Assembly: GCA_963740715.1 (NCBI GenBank)
Contig: CAVUGD010000017.1
Span: 4,447-68,446 of the forward strand
Direction: 5' to 3'
Length of the DNA stretch: 64,000 nucleotides
Source: an uncultured Verrucomicrobiae bacterium
Lineage (GTDB): Bacteria; Verrucomicrobiota; Verrucomicrobiia; Chthoniobacterales; UBA10450
Shown here: piece after piece, positions 10,410-20,877 of the stretch
How positions within the stretch are numbered: position 1 is the stretch's first letter
Layout: each line of letters begins with the position of its first letter
The notes under the pieces: generated by a model
What the model saw: only the letters and a program-made list of their open reading frames with translations
Told to the model about the DNA's origin: nothing
The model's database searches: none
Translations under genes and position numbers: made by a program

Positions 10410-10697
10410 ATGAACAAGGAGTCGGTGCACGCCGCGGGCGAAATCACGATCGTCAATCAACTGGGGCTGCACGCGCGCCCCGCCGCCGAGTTCGTTAGGC
10501 GAGCGAATGCCTTTCGCTCCGAAATCTGGCTGGTGACCAAGGCCGGGCGTTTCTCCGCCCTCAGCCTGATCGACGTCATGCGCGCCAATCTCGAGCAGGG
10601 CGCTGTCGCTACCCTCGAAGCGTGCGGGCCCGACGCCGTCGAAGCGGTCGAACGCCTGGCCAAAGTGGTGCGCGAGATGAGGGATTACGCCGATTAG
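10410..10697 (+). CDS. ptsH: HPr-family phosphocarrier protein
   Basis: 95-aa ORF. The active-site region NQLGLHARPAA is diagnostic of HPr. Confidence 0.85.
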   Translation: MNKESVHAAGEITIVNQLGLHARPAAEFVRRANAFRSEIWLVTKAGRFSALSLIDVMRANLEQGAVATLEACGPDAVEAVERLAKVVREMRDYAD

Positions 10698-11587
10698 CGC
10701 AGCGGCCGCGCGACCAGAATCCCGCTGTTGGTGCTGTAGCGCGCGAGATAGCTCGAGAGGCGGGAATCGACCACGACCTTGCCGGAGTTCCGCGGCGAAG
10801 AAGCGTGCATGAAATGGAGCACGCCGTTGTTCGCCCGGTAGGCGAGTCCGACATGCGAGGTCGAGTAAAGCCCGGGTCGATCGCGCGAGATAATCCCGAT
10901 GATGTCGCCACTCTTCAGCTTCGATTCGATCCGGGCGACGCGATTTTTCGGGACCTGATAAAGGGGCCGCGCAGTGACTTTCGCCTCCATCCGGCCTAAC
11001 GGCGCGAGAAGGGAGGGGTTCGCCTTGAGGTAGCGGTAATGCCGCCAGCCGAAAGTCATTTCGTGGGCGGCGTGATTGACCCGCACCCCGCCGAGCTGGC
11101 GGGTGAGATCGCTGACCAGGCCGCGCCGGTCGTTGTCCGAGAGCCATTCCTCCAGGTAATGCAGGCGCGAAAGATATTCGCCAGTGCATTGGCCGCCGCG
11201 GTAACGATCGAGTTCGATGTAGCCGAGGAGCCGTTCCGGCGTCCACTTCACTTCCGCATCGTTCAGCATGCGGGCGAAGCCGAGCGAGATCTCGAAAAAC
11301 GTCCAGCAATCCATCCCGAGAAAATTCGCCGAAGGCGCCTCGATCCGGTCGTCGATCTCGAGCGTGAACGATTTGTAGCGCGTCCCGACGAGTGCGCGGC
11401 CGACCGCGGCGGTGCGCTCGCCGATGCGGAGCGATTTCCAGTCATTCGCCTTCGCCTGTCGCACGAGGTGATCGAATTTTTCCCGGCCCTTGAAGACGGT
11501 GCCAAACGGAAGCGTCCCGCTGTTCGCGAGGCCGGCGCCGGCTCCGAAGAAAAAGAGGACGACAAGGTAAATTCTAAGCGCGCGCAT
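10694..11587 (-). CDS. Secreted DUF1460 (amidase-like) domain protein
   Basis: 297-aa ORF with a signal peptide. The sequence pattern (GMDCWTFFE..., YLEEW..., HVGLAY) resembles DUF1460/N-acetylmuramoyl-L-alanine amidase-like proteins. Family assignment is from memory. Confidence 0.55.
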   Translation of the reverse strand: MRALRIYLVVLFFFGAGAGLANSGTLPFGTVFKGREKFDHLVRQAKANDWKSLRIGERTAAVGRALVGTRYKSFTLEIDDRIEAPSANFLGMDCWTFFEISLGFARMLNDAEVKWTPERLLGYIELDRYRGGQCTGEYLSRLHYLEEWLSDNDRRGLVSDLTRQLGGVRVNHAAHEMTFGWRHYRYLKANPSLLAPLGRMEAKVTARPLYQVPKNRVARIESKLKSGDIIGIISRDRPGLYSTSHVGLAYRANNGVLHFMHASSPRNSGKVVVDSRLSSYLARYSTNSGILVARPLR

Positions 11588-11632
11588 CTACCAGACGGTT
11601 CGAGCAAATGGAGTGCCGCGCAAGGCGGAACG

Positions 11633-12130
11633 CTATTCTGCCGGGGCCGGGACGAGGAGAACCGGGCGCGCGCCGGCCTTCAGCACGCCCTCGGTCACGC
11701 TCCCGACGAGGAGGCAGTAAACCGAGCCGTGGCCGTGCGAGCCCATCACGATGAGGTCGGCGGAAATCTCCTGCGCCGTCTTCAGGATTTCTTCCACCAC
11801 CGTTCCTTCGCGTTCGTGGGCGATCGTGTTCAGCCCGCTCCCGGAAAGTTCGGCCTGGAGGGTCTCGAGCCGGCTCTTTCCCTTCTCGTTAGGCGCATCC
11901 ACTGGCAGATAACCGGTACTGCCCACCGGGAGGCCGCCCGCCATTCCCATCTCGGGCATGCCGATTCCAGGATAACCGATGGTGGCCGCGGGAAAGACCG
12001 GGACGGCGGCGATCTCGCGCACGTGGACGAGATGCAACTCCGATCCGAGTGCGCCCGCTAATTCGCGCGCCTGGGTAAGCACGCCTTCCATCGCGGGGGA
12101 GAAGTCGACCGGGACGAGGATTCTTTTCAT
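11633..12130 (-). CDS. Universal stress protein (UspA family)
   Basis: MKRILVPVDFS start (ATG at 12130) and the C-terminal GSHGHGxxxxxxxGSVT ATP-binding motif. Confidence 0.85.
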   Translation of the reverse strand: MKRILVPVDFSPAMEGVLTQARELAGALGSELHLVHVREIAAVPVFPAATIGYPGIGMPEMGMAGGLPVGSTGYLPVDAPNEKGKSRLETLQAELSGSGLNTIAHEREGTVVEEILKTAQEISADLIVMGSHGHGSVYCLLVGSVTEGVLKAGARPVLLVPAPAE

Positions 12131-12216
12131 GGCGGCTGCCTGCAAAAAGAGAATGAGGGAAGCACGCCGGGCGGTCAAGCCGTTGGAAAAGACGGGTCGG
12201 TCCGTTATCCTGCCCG

Positions 12217-13458
12217 GTGCAGGATCTTTTCAGCGAGGCGGAACCGGAAGCGAAGGTGGATCAGGCGGCGCCGCTCGCGAGCCGGATGCGGCCGCGCTCG
12301 CTCGAAGAATTCGTGGGGCAGGAACACATTCTTGCGCCCGGGAAACTTCTCCGCCGCGCGATCGAGGCCGACCGCTTGCCCTCGGTGATTTTGTCCGGTC
12401 CTCCGGGAACAGGGAAAACGACCCTCGCGCAGATCATCGCGGCCATGACGGAGTCGAAATTTGAACGCCTGAGCGGAGTCGAGAGCAACGTCGGGGACAT
12501 GCGCAAAGTCGTTGCGGCCGCGACCAATCGCCGGCGGACTTCGGGGAAAAAAACCATCCTGTTCGTGGATGAGATCCATCACTTCAACAAGGCGCAGCAG
12601 GACATCCTGCTCCCGGATGTGGAGAGCGGGAACCTGCGTCTGATCGGGGCCACGACTTATAATCCGTTCTTCTACGTCAACAGCGCGCTGGTCTCGCGTT
12701 CGCAGGTTTTCCAGCTCGAATCGTTAGGCGTGGAAGAGCTCGAGAAACTGATCGAGCGCGCGCTGCAGGACGAGGAAAGGGGACTGGGGAAGCATCGGGT
12801 GAAAATGGATCCCGACGCGAAACGCCATCTCGCCAAGTTGAGCGACGGCGACGCCCGCAAATGTTTAAACGCCCTCGAGATCGGCGTCCTGACCACGCCG
12901 CCTGAAGTTGTAGCCGGGGGCGGTGACCCCGGCCGGTCCGAGGCGAAGGTTAGCGCCGCCGGGGTCAACGCCCCCGGCTACAGCGGAGGCGTGATTCATT
13001 TTACCCTGGAGGTGGCGGAGGAAAGCATCCAGACGAAGGCGGTGGTTTACGACCGGGCAGGCGACGCGCATTACGACACGATCAGCGCCTTCATTAAAAG
13101 CATGCGCGCCTCGGATGAGAAAGGCGCGATCTACTGGCTGGCCAAGATGCTGCATGCCGGGGAGGATTTTCGCTTCATCGCGCGCCGGATCGTCATTTTC
13201 GCGAGTGAAGACGTCGGCCTGGCCGATGCCGAGGCCTTGCCGCTGGCGATCGCGACCCAGCAGGCGGTCGAGTTCGTCGGGATGCCGGAGGCGCGCATCC
13301 CGCTGGCCCACGCCGTCTGCTACATGTGCCGCGCGCAGAAAAATCGCGAAGCCTACGACTTGTTAGGCGCAGCGACGGAGGAGATCGAGGCGGAAAAAAC
13401 GAAGCGCGTCCCGGAGAAACTCAAGAACAAGCACTTTCCGGTGAACCCGGAAGGTTAA
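12217..13458 (+). CDS. rarA: Replication-associated recombination protein A (AAA+ ATPase RarA/MgsA)
   Basis: RPRSLEEFVGQEHIL, Walker A GPPGTGKTT, Walker B LFVDEIHHFNKAQQD, and C-terminal MgsA domain motifs (HYDTISAFIKSMRASD, YWLAKML). Confidence 0.9.
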   Translation: MQDLFSEAEPEAKVDQAAPLASRMRPRSLEEFVGQEHILAPGKLLRRAIEADRLPSVILSGPPGTGKTTLAQIIAAMTESKFERLSGVESNVGDMRKVVAAATNRRRTSGKKTILFVDEIHHFNKAQQDILLPDVESGNLRLIGATTYNPFFYVNSALVSRSQVFQLESLGVEELEKLIERALQDEERGLGKHRVKMDPDAKRHLAKLSDGDARKCLNALEIGVLTTPPEVVAGGGDPGRSEAKVSAAGVNAPGYSGGVIHFTLEVAEESIQTKAVVYDRAGDAHYDTISAFIKSMRASDEKGAIYWLAKMLHAGEDFRFIARRIVIFASEDVGLADAEALPLAIATQQAVEFVGMPEARIPLAHAVCYMCRAQKNREAYDLLGAATEEIEAEKTKRVPEKLKNKHFPVNPEG

Positions 13459-13465
13459 GGGGAAC

Positions 13466-13738
13466 TTAAGCCGCTTTTTTTTGGCGCGGACTGTCTTTGA
13501 CGGGGAAGGGGATAACGGCTGCTTCCTCGACCGCTTTGAGCACGGGCGCAGCCTCGTAGGAGAGCTTGCCTTCGATTACTTCGGTCAGGGCCACGTCGGC
13601 CAGGCCGGTGCCGGGCGCGCAGGCGACCAGCGGGCGATGCCCGAGGGCGAGTTGGCGGACGCGCCGCGAGATCACATTGACGAGCATCATCTGATTGGTG
13701 ATGACTTTCGAGGCGGACATAAGAAGATGAGTTTTCAT
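13466..13738 (-). CDS. rpoZ: DNA-directed RNA polymerase subunit omega
   Basis: 90-aa ORF from the ATG at 13738. NQMMLVNVISRRVRQL...ALTEVIEGKL matches the conserved omega core. Confidence 0.7.
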   Translation of the reverse strand: MKTHLLMSASKVITNQMMLVNVISRRVRQLALGHRPLVACAPGTGLADVALTEVIEGKLSYEAAPVLKAVEEAAVIPFPVKDSPRQKKAA

Positions 13739-13926
13739 AGGTAACGAACCGACAGAGTTCGCGGCTGACGACGAGTGTTTTTCCCAGAACAGGGATAGGG
13801 AACTTGGAGATGTCCCCGAAAAATCGCAGCAGAGATACTGGGACACCTTCGTCGACTCCGGCCGGAACACAACCGGTATCTCCGGCGCCGAACCTTGGAG
13901 GCGGGATCGTTAGCAAAGGAGCCGCT

Positions 13927-14517
13927 TTAGTGGGCCGCGGCCAGGGAGGGCTGATACCAGGTGGCGAGGCTCTTGTAGGTCGCGACGTAGAGCGGCTGGA
14001 AATCGACCGGAAAGGCCGTCACCACGAAACGAATCTGTCGCTCGGCGTCGAGATTAATGAAGAGGATGCTGCGGCAGAAATGTTTGCCTCCCTGGACGTA
14101 GTCGAGGCCGACCTCGAAACTGGTCCACCCCTGCAGAACCGTTGGATTGACGACTTCCCAGGTCTGGGTGACCGCAGACGCGTCAGGCGGCACGAGGCTG
14201 GCGGCGAGAGAGCGGAGAGTTTTCAAGCCAGCTTCGTCAAACGGGATCCTGGCATTGCCCGAGGCGGAGTTTTCGATTTTTATCAGGCCGTCGGGCATGT
14301 CCTTGGGCTGGAATTTGGCCCAACGCGCATCGCTGAACCGGATCCAGCTGGCGTGCGGACGATAATAAATTGGCTGTCCGTTATCGCTGAAATACATCCG
14401 CCGCATGAAGACGCCGTCTTCGGTCAGGTCCTGCGAGCGCTGGGTGAAGTCGATGCTTTGCCCGCGACCCGGCAAAACTGCGGCGAGGAGCAGCAAGAGA
14501 GCGAGAAGAGTTTTCAT
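13927..14517 (-). CDS. Hypothetical secreted protein (last gene of the pseudopilin operon)
   Basis: 196-aa ORF with a signal peptide (MKTLLALLLLLAAVLPGRG), 19 nt downstream of the preceding gene. Confidence 0.55.
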   Translation of the reverse strand: MKTLLALLLLLAAVLPGRGQSIDFTQRSQDLTEDGVFMRRMYFSDNGQPIYYRPHASWIRFSDARWAKFQPKDMPDGLIKIENSASGNARIPFDEAGLKTLRSLAASLVPPDASAVTQTWEVVNPTVLQGWTSFEVGLDYVQGGKHFCRSILFINLDAERQIRFVVTAFPVDFQPLYVATYKSLATWYQPSLAAAH

Positions 14518-14535
14518 GATTGAAAGAGCAACGGG

Positions 14536-16403
14536 TTAAAAGCGCTCCCAGCGTCCCCGGGAGTAGGTGATGCTTTGCAGGCTGCCCGGCGGCGGCTGGG
14601 TCAGGAACATGGAATCGAAGCTCCATTTCCGGCCGGGGGCGTTGTAGACGTTGGAGGTCTCGAAGATTCCGTCGAATTGCTGGCTATTAAAAGTCTGCAC
14701 CATGGAGCCGAAATAGGTCAGGTCCTTGTTCGACCAGGTCTCGAGAAAGCGCGGGAAGTTATGCGGGCCTCCGCTGTAAACGCCGCTGTTCTGATAATTC
14801 GTCGGGACGATGCCGCTCAAAATCGCGGTGTTGACCGTGGTATGGCTGGCGACGCGCCCGGAAAGCGAGGCGGTGGAGTTGGCGTCGTTCCAGCTATTGG
14901 ACAGGATCATGACCGCGTCGGCCATGACGGCGGTTGCTCTCTTGGTGTATCCGACCGCAACCGAGCTGTCGGTGCCGAGGGGATTGCCTCCGAGATTGGA
15001 GGGGACGAGGAGGGGATCGTGCACCCCGAGGACCGCGCCTCCGGTGTTATAATCGCCCTGGATGTAAACCGCGTTATTGCTCGCGAAGCTGATGTCCTGG
15101 TTCAGGACCGCGCCGTTTTGCAGGCGGATCGCATTCTTGCCCGAAGGAGTGACGTCCTGCACGTAAACGATCGCCGTTGAAAACGGTGCCCATGCTGGTA
15201 AAGGCCGCGTCCATTTTTTTCATGTCTACGTTGGTCAGCAAGACATTGGAACCTTCGCGCCAGTCGTAGATCGGGCTCGTGCTGATGGCGATGGCATTGC
15301 GAATCGCGGTATCGGTCGCCGAGGAAAAAGCGTTATTGGTGATGCCCCGAATGACGATCTGGGCAGCGCCCGTCTTCGTCCGGTCGAGGGTGACGCGCAC
15401 ACTCGCCTTGTTGTAGATACGACTGGCGGAGATTTCCGGCGGATCCGTGTAGGCGGTCGACCGGCGGCTCGATCACTTCCCGCGGACCGTCGTTATTCGG
15501 ATTGGTATCCGTCGTGTTAAAAAGCGCCGCTGGTTCGGTGCCGAAAGGTTCGAGGCGCGAGCTCTGTGTCACCTGATTTGCGTAGGTCGTGCTCAAGCTG
15601 GAGGGGAGACCGTCGGCCCAAAGAGGAGGATTTGGATTGGGCGCACCGCCCGAGCCGCCGCCGTAGGTGATATTTGCCTCGTAGGACTCGTTGTAGCTAC
15701 CGACGTAAGAAACGTTGGTATTGAACTGCAACCGGTTCGCGGTCGCGGTGGCCAGCCAAAGATCGCCATTCGTGTGCACCAGACCGTTGATGATCATGAG
15801 CGCGCCCGGATGCAGCTCGATATCGTGCTCGAAAAAAATCGCCGCCTGGAAGAGCGGGACGCCGGTGATCTGAAAAGTGCGGGCGAGGTTCACTTTCAGG
15901 AGGCCGCGGCGCGAAGGCATGGTCGCCGTGAGCTGGGCGCGGCAAAAGCTCGCGACGCCCGCCCATCCGGGGTGGTCCGGAATGGTGGCGAGAGAGGCAG
16001 AAACCGGGTTGGTGATCGTCGCGCCCGAGCTGTCCTTGGTTTCGCCCCATTGGTTGGCGTTCACGACGCTGAAACCGGAGAAGGTGACGCCGTCTTTCTG
16101 GAAGCCGGTGTGAAGCGCGGCGGTGGGCGCGGTAATGCCCATCGCGTTGTTCGCCGGCGGCCGCAGTCCGTTGTTGCGGACCGCTGTTTTCCACGAGGCG
16201 AAAGCGTAGTCGAGGGCCCCGTCGGTGGCGTTGATCAGGCGGTTGAAGGATTGTTCGCGCTGGCCTTGGACGCCGTTATGACTCGTGTAACTGACCGCCA
16301 CGCCGACGAGAACCACGATGATGGCGATCGTCGCGAGGGCAATGAGGAGCGTGCTCCCCTGTTCGTGCGAGCGGGTTTTTCGAATTTTGAGGCCTGGGTT
16401 CAT
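14536..16403 (-). CDS. Large PilX_N-type pseudopilin-like protein (~620 aa), two frameshifts as sequenced (~15453-15463, ~15176-15186)
   Basis: The N-terminus EQGSTLLIALATIAIIVVLVGVAV is PilX N-terminal-like. Three ORF pieces (15333..16403, 15074..15400, 14536..15162) join colinearly: ...VIEPP/STAYTDPPEISASRIYNK... and ...MGTVF/TAIVYVQDVTPSG... Confidence 0.65.
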
Positions 16404-17251
16404 TGGGTGACAGCTGTTCGGTAAGCGATGGTCGTCTTCAGATTCTGGTAGGCGTAAAACCCCGACACTTTGCTGCCATAGGCCGCCGATCGAAGAGGCA
16501 GATTGACATCGATCGAGCGTCGCGAGGGATCGAGATACTGGAAGGGAAACGCGTTCGTCTGGCCACTCGCGGGAAGCAATCCGGCGACGACGACGAAATT
16601 GGTTGGATTGTTAAAGGCATTCGAACCGTTCTGCGAAATGCTCTTGGCCCGCGGGTAATACCGCAGGACGCCGTTGACCGAGATAAAAGACGAAGGCTGG
16701 AGAAGGAAACATTTCGAACCCGCGGGAATCACGATGCCGAGTGTCTGGGTCGGGACAAAACCACTTCCAATCGTCGAAGAAAACCAAAGGGTGTGCGTGC
16801 CGGCAAAGCTGGTGACTGCGGCGATCACTCCCTGGAAGCCCAGATCGGTCATCGTGATCTTGTCACCGGTCTGCGGGGCGGGCTGATTGGAAGTCTTGGT
16901 GATCGTCATGGAGTAGGACGTCGCCCAGACCGCATTAGGAATCCCGTAGGGCTGCGAGCTTCCCACATTGTAAAAGCTGATGCCGGCGGCAGGGCCGTTG
17001 CCGGAGACGGCGGCCCCGGTGTCATCAGCCAGGAGCGGCACCTCATCCGCGGCGGCGATGTCGAGGAAAAGTCTTTCGGTCGTCGCCATTCCGCTCGAAT
17101 GGGTTTGGCCCAGGGAAAGGCCCTGCGTGTAGAGCGTCATCCCGACCGAGAGGAGGGTGTAAATAATTCCGCCCAGGAGCAGTGCGACGCCCATGCCAAT
17201 CGTCGTCTCCACGAGGGTGAAGGCGCTAGTCGTGTGACAGGGGGTGCGCAT
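16400..17251 (-). CDS. Prepilin-type N-terminal cleavage/methylation-domain protein (minor pilin/pseudopilin)
   Basis: SAFTLVETTIGMGVALLLGG N-terminus (class III signal-like). ATGA overlap with the downstream gene. Confidence 0.7.
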   Translation of the reverse strand: MRTPCHTTSAFTLVETTIGMGVALLLGGIIYTLLSVGMTLYTQGLSLGQTHSSGMATTERLFLDIAAADEVPLLADDTGAAVSGNGPAAGISFYNVGSSQPYGIPNAVWATSYSMTITKTSNQPAPQTGDKITMTDLGFQGVIAAVTSFAGTHTLWFSSTIGSGFVPTQTLGIVIPAGSKCFLLQPSSFISVNGVLRYYPRAKSISQNGSNAFNNPTNFVVVAGLLPASGQTNAFPFQYLDPSRRSIDVNLPLRSAAYGSKVSGFYAYQNLKTTIAYRTAVTQ

Positions 17252-17739
17252 TATTCCGGAGCCCGCAGGGTATAGGTTTCGTAGAGATAATTCTTCCCGC
17301 GATAGACGTAGGTGACCCGCGCGGTGACGCGGGTCAGGTTGGTCGAGGCGCTGACCAGCGAAACGAGCGTGGTCCGTGTCGCTGGAACGCGATTGGTCCC
17401 ATTCACGTCGGTGTAAAGCTGCACCGTCTCGGTCGCCGTGACGGTGTCGGAAGCCGGCGCCGGCCAGGTCCCGAAATATGAGGGGACGATGTTGGGAGGC
17501 GAAAATGACGCCGCCACCACTTGGGCGATCCGCTCCTGGCAGAGGGTCTCGGCCCCGTTCATGTTCCGGTTCACCTCCGCCAGCCTGTTCGTCGAGGCGA
17601 GGAACGAAATAGCCGACCCCACCGCCACGCCAACGATCAGGACGGAGATGATGATATCGATAAAAATCACCCCTCCCTCCCCGGCGTGCGGAAAGCGAAA
17701 TTTGCCCCCGGGCAAAATACTCTTTTTCAGTGAAAGCAT
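17251..17739 (-). CDS. Pseudopilin-like protein with an atypical N-terminus
   Basis: GEGGVIFIDIIISVLIVGVAVG has Asp instead of Glu at +5. It is the first gene of the operon and its stop abuts the next start. Confidence 0.5.
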   Translation of the reverse strand: MLSLKKSILPGGKFRFPHAGEGGVIFIDIIISVLIVGVAVGSAISFLASTNRLAEVNRNMNGAETLCQERIAQVVAASFSPPNIVPSYFGTWPAPASDTVTATETVQLYTDVNGTNRVPATRTTLVSLVSASTNLTRVTARVTYVYRGKNYLYETYTLRAPE

Positions 17740-17858
17740 TAGCTAGCCATAGGAAAAAGCACCAATTGTGCCCTTGGACCCATTATTGTCCTATTTTGCT
17801 GCGCTTGAAGTTGGCCTGTCTGAGGGATTTGCGCGCAGGGAAGCCCAAGTCTCGTTGG

Positions 17859-18116
17859 CTAAAGCCGCCAGAGCATCATAACGAGCAGATCGACCGCCAG
17901 CAGCCAGACCAGGATGACCTGCCAGAGCCGGAGATTGCGCGCCGCCCAATGGTCCGCCACGACCTCCGGATCACGATCGAAAAGGCGTTTCCGGATTCTG
18001 AAAATGTAGACGCCGCTCAACAAGACGAGGACGAGACAGATCGAGAAGACAATGCGCAAGGCGAAGACGGAATCCGCGTGCTGACGCACGACCACCGCGA
18101 GATACATCTCAGTCAT
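17859..18116 (-). CDS. Possible small two-TM membrane protein
   Basis: 85-aa ORF from the ATG at 18116, divergent from the helicase gene. No homology recognised. Confidence 0.3.
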   Translation of the reverse strand: MTEMYLAVVVRQHADSVFALRIVFSICLVLVLLSGVYIFRIRKRLFDRDPEVVADHWAARNLRLWQVILVWLLAVDLLVMMLWRL

Positions 18117-18199
18117 CTCAGATCGTTCTTCGACGAAGGCGGGAGCGCAACTCCGCGGCCGGGAGTGGCGCGAAGGGTCCCCTTTCGCGAAAGTCTCCG

Positions 18200-20816
18200 A
18201 TGCCATCGCCGGTCGCGACCCAGGAAGCGCTTTTCAAGCGGCTGCACCCGAGGCTCGCGCAATGGTTTCGTTCCACCTACGGCAGCTTTACCGACGCGCA
18301 ATTGCGCTGCGTGCCCTCGATCCTGGAGCGAAAATCGATCCTGCTCACTTCGCCCACCGGGAGCGGCAAAACGCTCGCGGGTTTCCTCGGTGTTTTCGAT
18401 GATTTCGTGCGGCGTCTCGAGGCCGGGACCTTGTCGTTAGGCGTGCATTGCCTCTACATCTCGCCCCTCCGCGCTCTGACTTACGACATCGGGAAAAATC
18501 TGCGCGCGCCCATTCTCGGGATGGGCTTGGAAAAGGAGCTGCTCATCCACGTTCGCACGGGCGACACGAGTGCGAGCGAGCGCGCGAAATTCCGCCGCAA
18601 GCCGTCGCATTTTCTCGTCACGACGCCGGAGAGCCTGGCCGTCATGCTGGCGCAGGAAAGTTACGCCGCCCACCTCGCGAGCTGCCGTTTCGTCATCGTC
18701 GACGAGCTCCATTCCTTCGCGGGCAACAAGCGCGGAGTCGATCTCGTGCTCTTCGCTCGAACGCCTGGAGCGGCTGGTTTCTTTGCCTAACGAAAAGACG
18801 CGACCGCTTTGCCGGGTGGGATTGTCGGCCACGGCCGCGCCCCTCAAATTACTGGCGAAATTTCTCGCGGGCGGCAATCGACCCTGCCGGATCGCGCAGG
18901 CGAAGATGGAGAAGGAATCGATCGTCGAAGTCTTCTCGCCGATTCGCCGGAAACCCTACCCGCCCGCCGGCTACACGGGGATCCGGCTTTATGCCGAGCT
19001 GGCCGAGCTCATTCGCTCGCGCCGGTCGGTCATCGTTTTCACCAATGTTCGTTCCGCCGCGGAGCAGCTCGGCCTGCGCTTGAAGGAACTCCTGCCCGAG
19101 CTCGCGAACCAGATCGAAATCCACCATGCCTCGCTCGACCGCAGCGTGCGGATGGAGGTGGAAGACCGGCTCAAGAACGGCGAACTGCGCGCGGTCGTTT
19201 GCTCGACCAGTCTCGAGCTCGGGATCGATATCGGGGCGGTCGATCTCGTCGTCATGGTGGCGACGCCGAAAGGCGTCTCGCGCGCGATTCAACGGATCGG
19301 ACGCTCCGGCCATTCCCTGAACCAGAGCAGCCACGGCGTGCTCGTCGCGACCAACATCAACGACCTGGTGGAAGCGACCGCCACCGCCCAACTCGTCCGC
19401 GACGCGGTCCTCGACCCGATCCAGGTCCTGGAAAAGCCTAACGACGTTCTCGCGCAGCACATCGTCGGAATGGCGGCGCTGGCGCCGATCGCGGTCGACG
19501 AGGCGTTTGCGATCGTTAGGCGCGCTTATCCCTTTCGCGATTTGGAGCGCGACGAGTTTGAGCATGTCCTCGAATACCTGACCGGCGGCGGTGAGTCGTT
19601 GCAGCGGCAATACACCGGGCTCTTCGGGAAAATCGCGATCGAGGACGGAATCATTTCGCTCGCCCATCCGCGGGTCACGCGCGAGTTCCTGGTTAACATC
19701 GGGACGATCGTTTCGGAGGGATTTGTCAGCGTCCTGCTCGGCCGGCGCCGGCTCGGCTCGGTCGAGGAGGGATTCATCAAGCAGCTCCAGGTGGGAGACC
19801 TTTTCGTGCTCGGCGGACGTGTCGTTAGGCTAATCGATACCGGGGTCCAGGAAGCCTACGTGGAGCGGGCCGACGGTCATCTCCCGACTATCCCGCGCTG
19901 GAACGCGGCCAAAATGCCGCTCACTTCCGGGCTGGCGAAAGCGGTGCGCAATTTACGCGCCGATCTGGCTGAGCGGCTCCGCGCCGGCTCGGACGCTGAG
20001 GTAATCGACTGGCTGGTCGAGTCCTATCAGATCTCGATCGCTAACGCGCAACCGATCGTCGAGTTCTTCCGCGCTCAGCTCGCGATTTCCGAAATACCGG
20101 TGGTGGGCAAACTGCTGATCGAGCTTTATCGCGAGGGCGATTTTTCCCACTACTTTTTCCACGCGCTCATCGGGCGGAGCGCGAACGACGCCCTCTCGCG
20201 CATCGTGGCCTGGCGGGTGCAGGACCGGATCGGGGGCAACGCGCTCGTCACGATCGACGACTATGGATTCCTCCTCACCCTGCGCCGCTTTCAGGAACTG
20301 CCGCTGGCGCAATGGAAGGGTTGTTTCCGCCGCGCGGAAGCGGAGGAGGATTTGCACGCGGCGTTGCGCGGGTCGGAATTGGTGAAGTGGCAATTCCGCG
20401 GCGTGGCGCAAACCGGTCTGATGGTTCCGCGGAATCTGCCGGGCCGGGAACGCAAGCCGCGCCAGTTGAGTTGGAGTTCGGAAGTTCTTTTTCGAGTTTT
20501 GGAACAACACGAACCGGATCACCCGTTGCTGGAGGAAGCATACCGGCAGGCGACACACACCTTCCTCGACGCGGAGACCGCTTACGGATTTCTGGATGAG
20601 GTTCAGGGCTACGAATGGACGCTGCGCGAGCTGCCGGTTGTCTCGCCGTTTTCGTTTCCGATCTACGCGAGCAAGATCAAGGAAAGCATGATGCTGGAAG
20701 ACCCGGCCGCCGCGCTGGAGCGGATCTATTACGAGATGTATTCCCGGGTCGAGCAGCTCACCGGATCTCCTGCCCCTGCTCGTAATCTTGATCCCGAACG
20801 CCACGTAGAAGATTAG
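18200..20816 (+). CDS. lhr: Lhr-like DEAD/DEAH-box ATP-dependent helicase, one frameshift as sequenced (~18750-18753)
   Basis: Q-motif FTDAQLRCVP, motif I SPTGSGKT, motif II DELH, then LERLERL... in ORF 18570..20816 with helicase C motifs (VFTNVRS, HHASL, TSSLELGID, QRIGRSGH) and a DEAD_assoc-like C-terminal domain. Confidence 0.85.
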
Positions 20817-20822
20817 GAGCAG
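20776..20822. repeat. Imperfect hairpin spanning the helicase stop codon
   Basis: ctgctcgtaatctt (20776..20789) pairs with aagattaggagcag (20809..20822) with 1 mismatch, followed by (gagcag)-type hexamer repeats. It shares ctcgtaatc with the 3342 element. Confidence 0.6.
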
Positions 20823-20877
20823 GAGCAGGAGGGGAGACGAAGGGAACCGGTCAGTCGGCGTCGCCCGATCAATAAGT

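Noticed and set aside
9729-11309. Very long ORFs antisense to, or out of frame with, well-supported genes. Examples: 9729..11309(-) 526 aa, 27628..29118(-) 496 aa, 51631..53199(+) 522 aa, 47264..48652(+) 462 aa, 42605..44008(+) 467 aa, 57916..59016(-) 366 aa, 32149..33168(+) 339 aa.
   Set aside because: They are Arg/Gly/Pro/Asp-rich and low in complexity, with no recognisable motifs. Each fully overlaps a gene that has clear family signatures. Such ORFs are typical shadow ORFs of GC-rich DNA.
13455-13916. A 153-aa ORF and the 134-aa ORF 13466..13870 as longer versions of the rpoZ-region gene.
   Set aside because: Only the last 90 codons (from the ATG at 13738) match the omega-subunit pattern. 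The upstream parts are Ser/Pro/Arg-rich and lack support.
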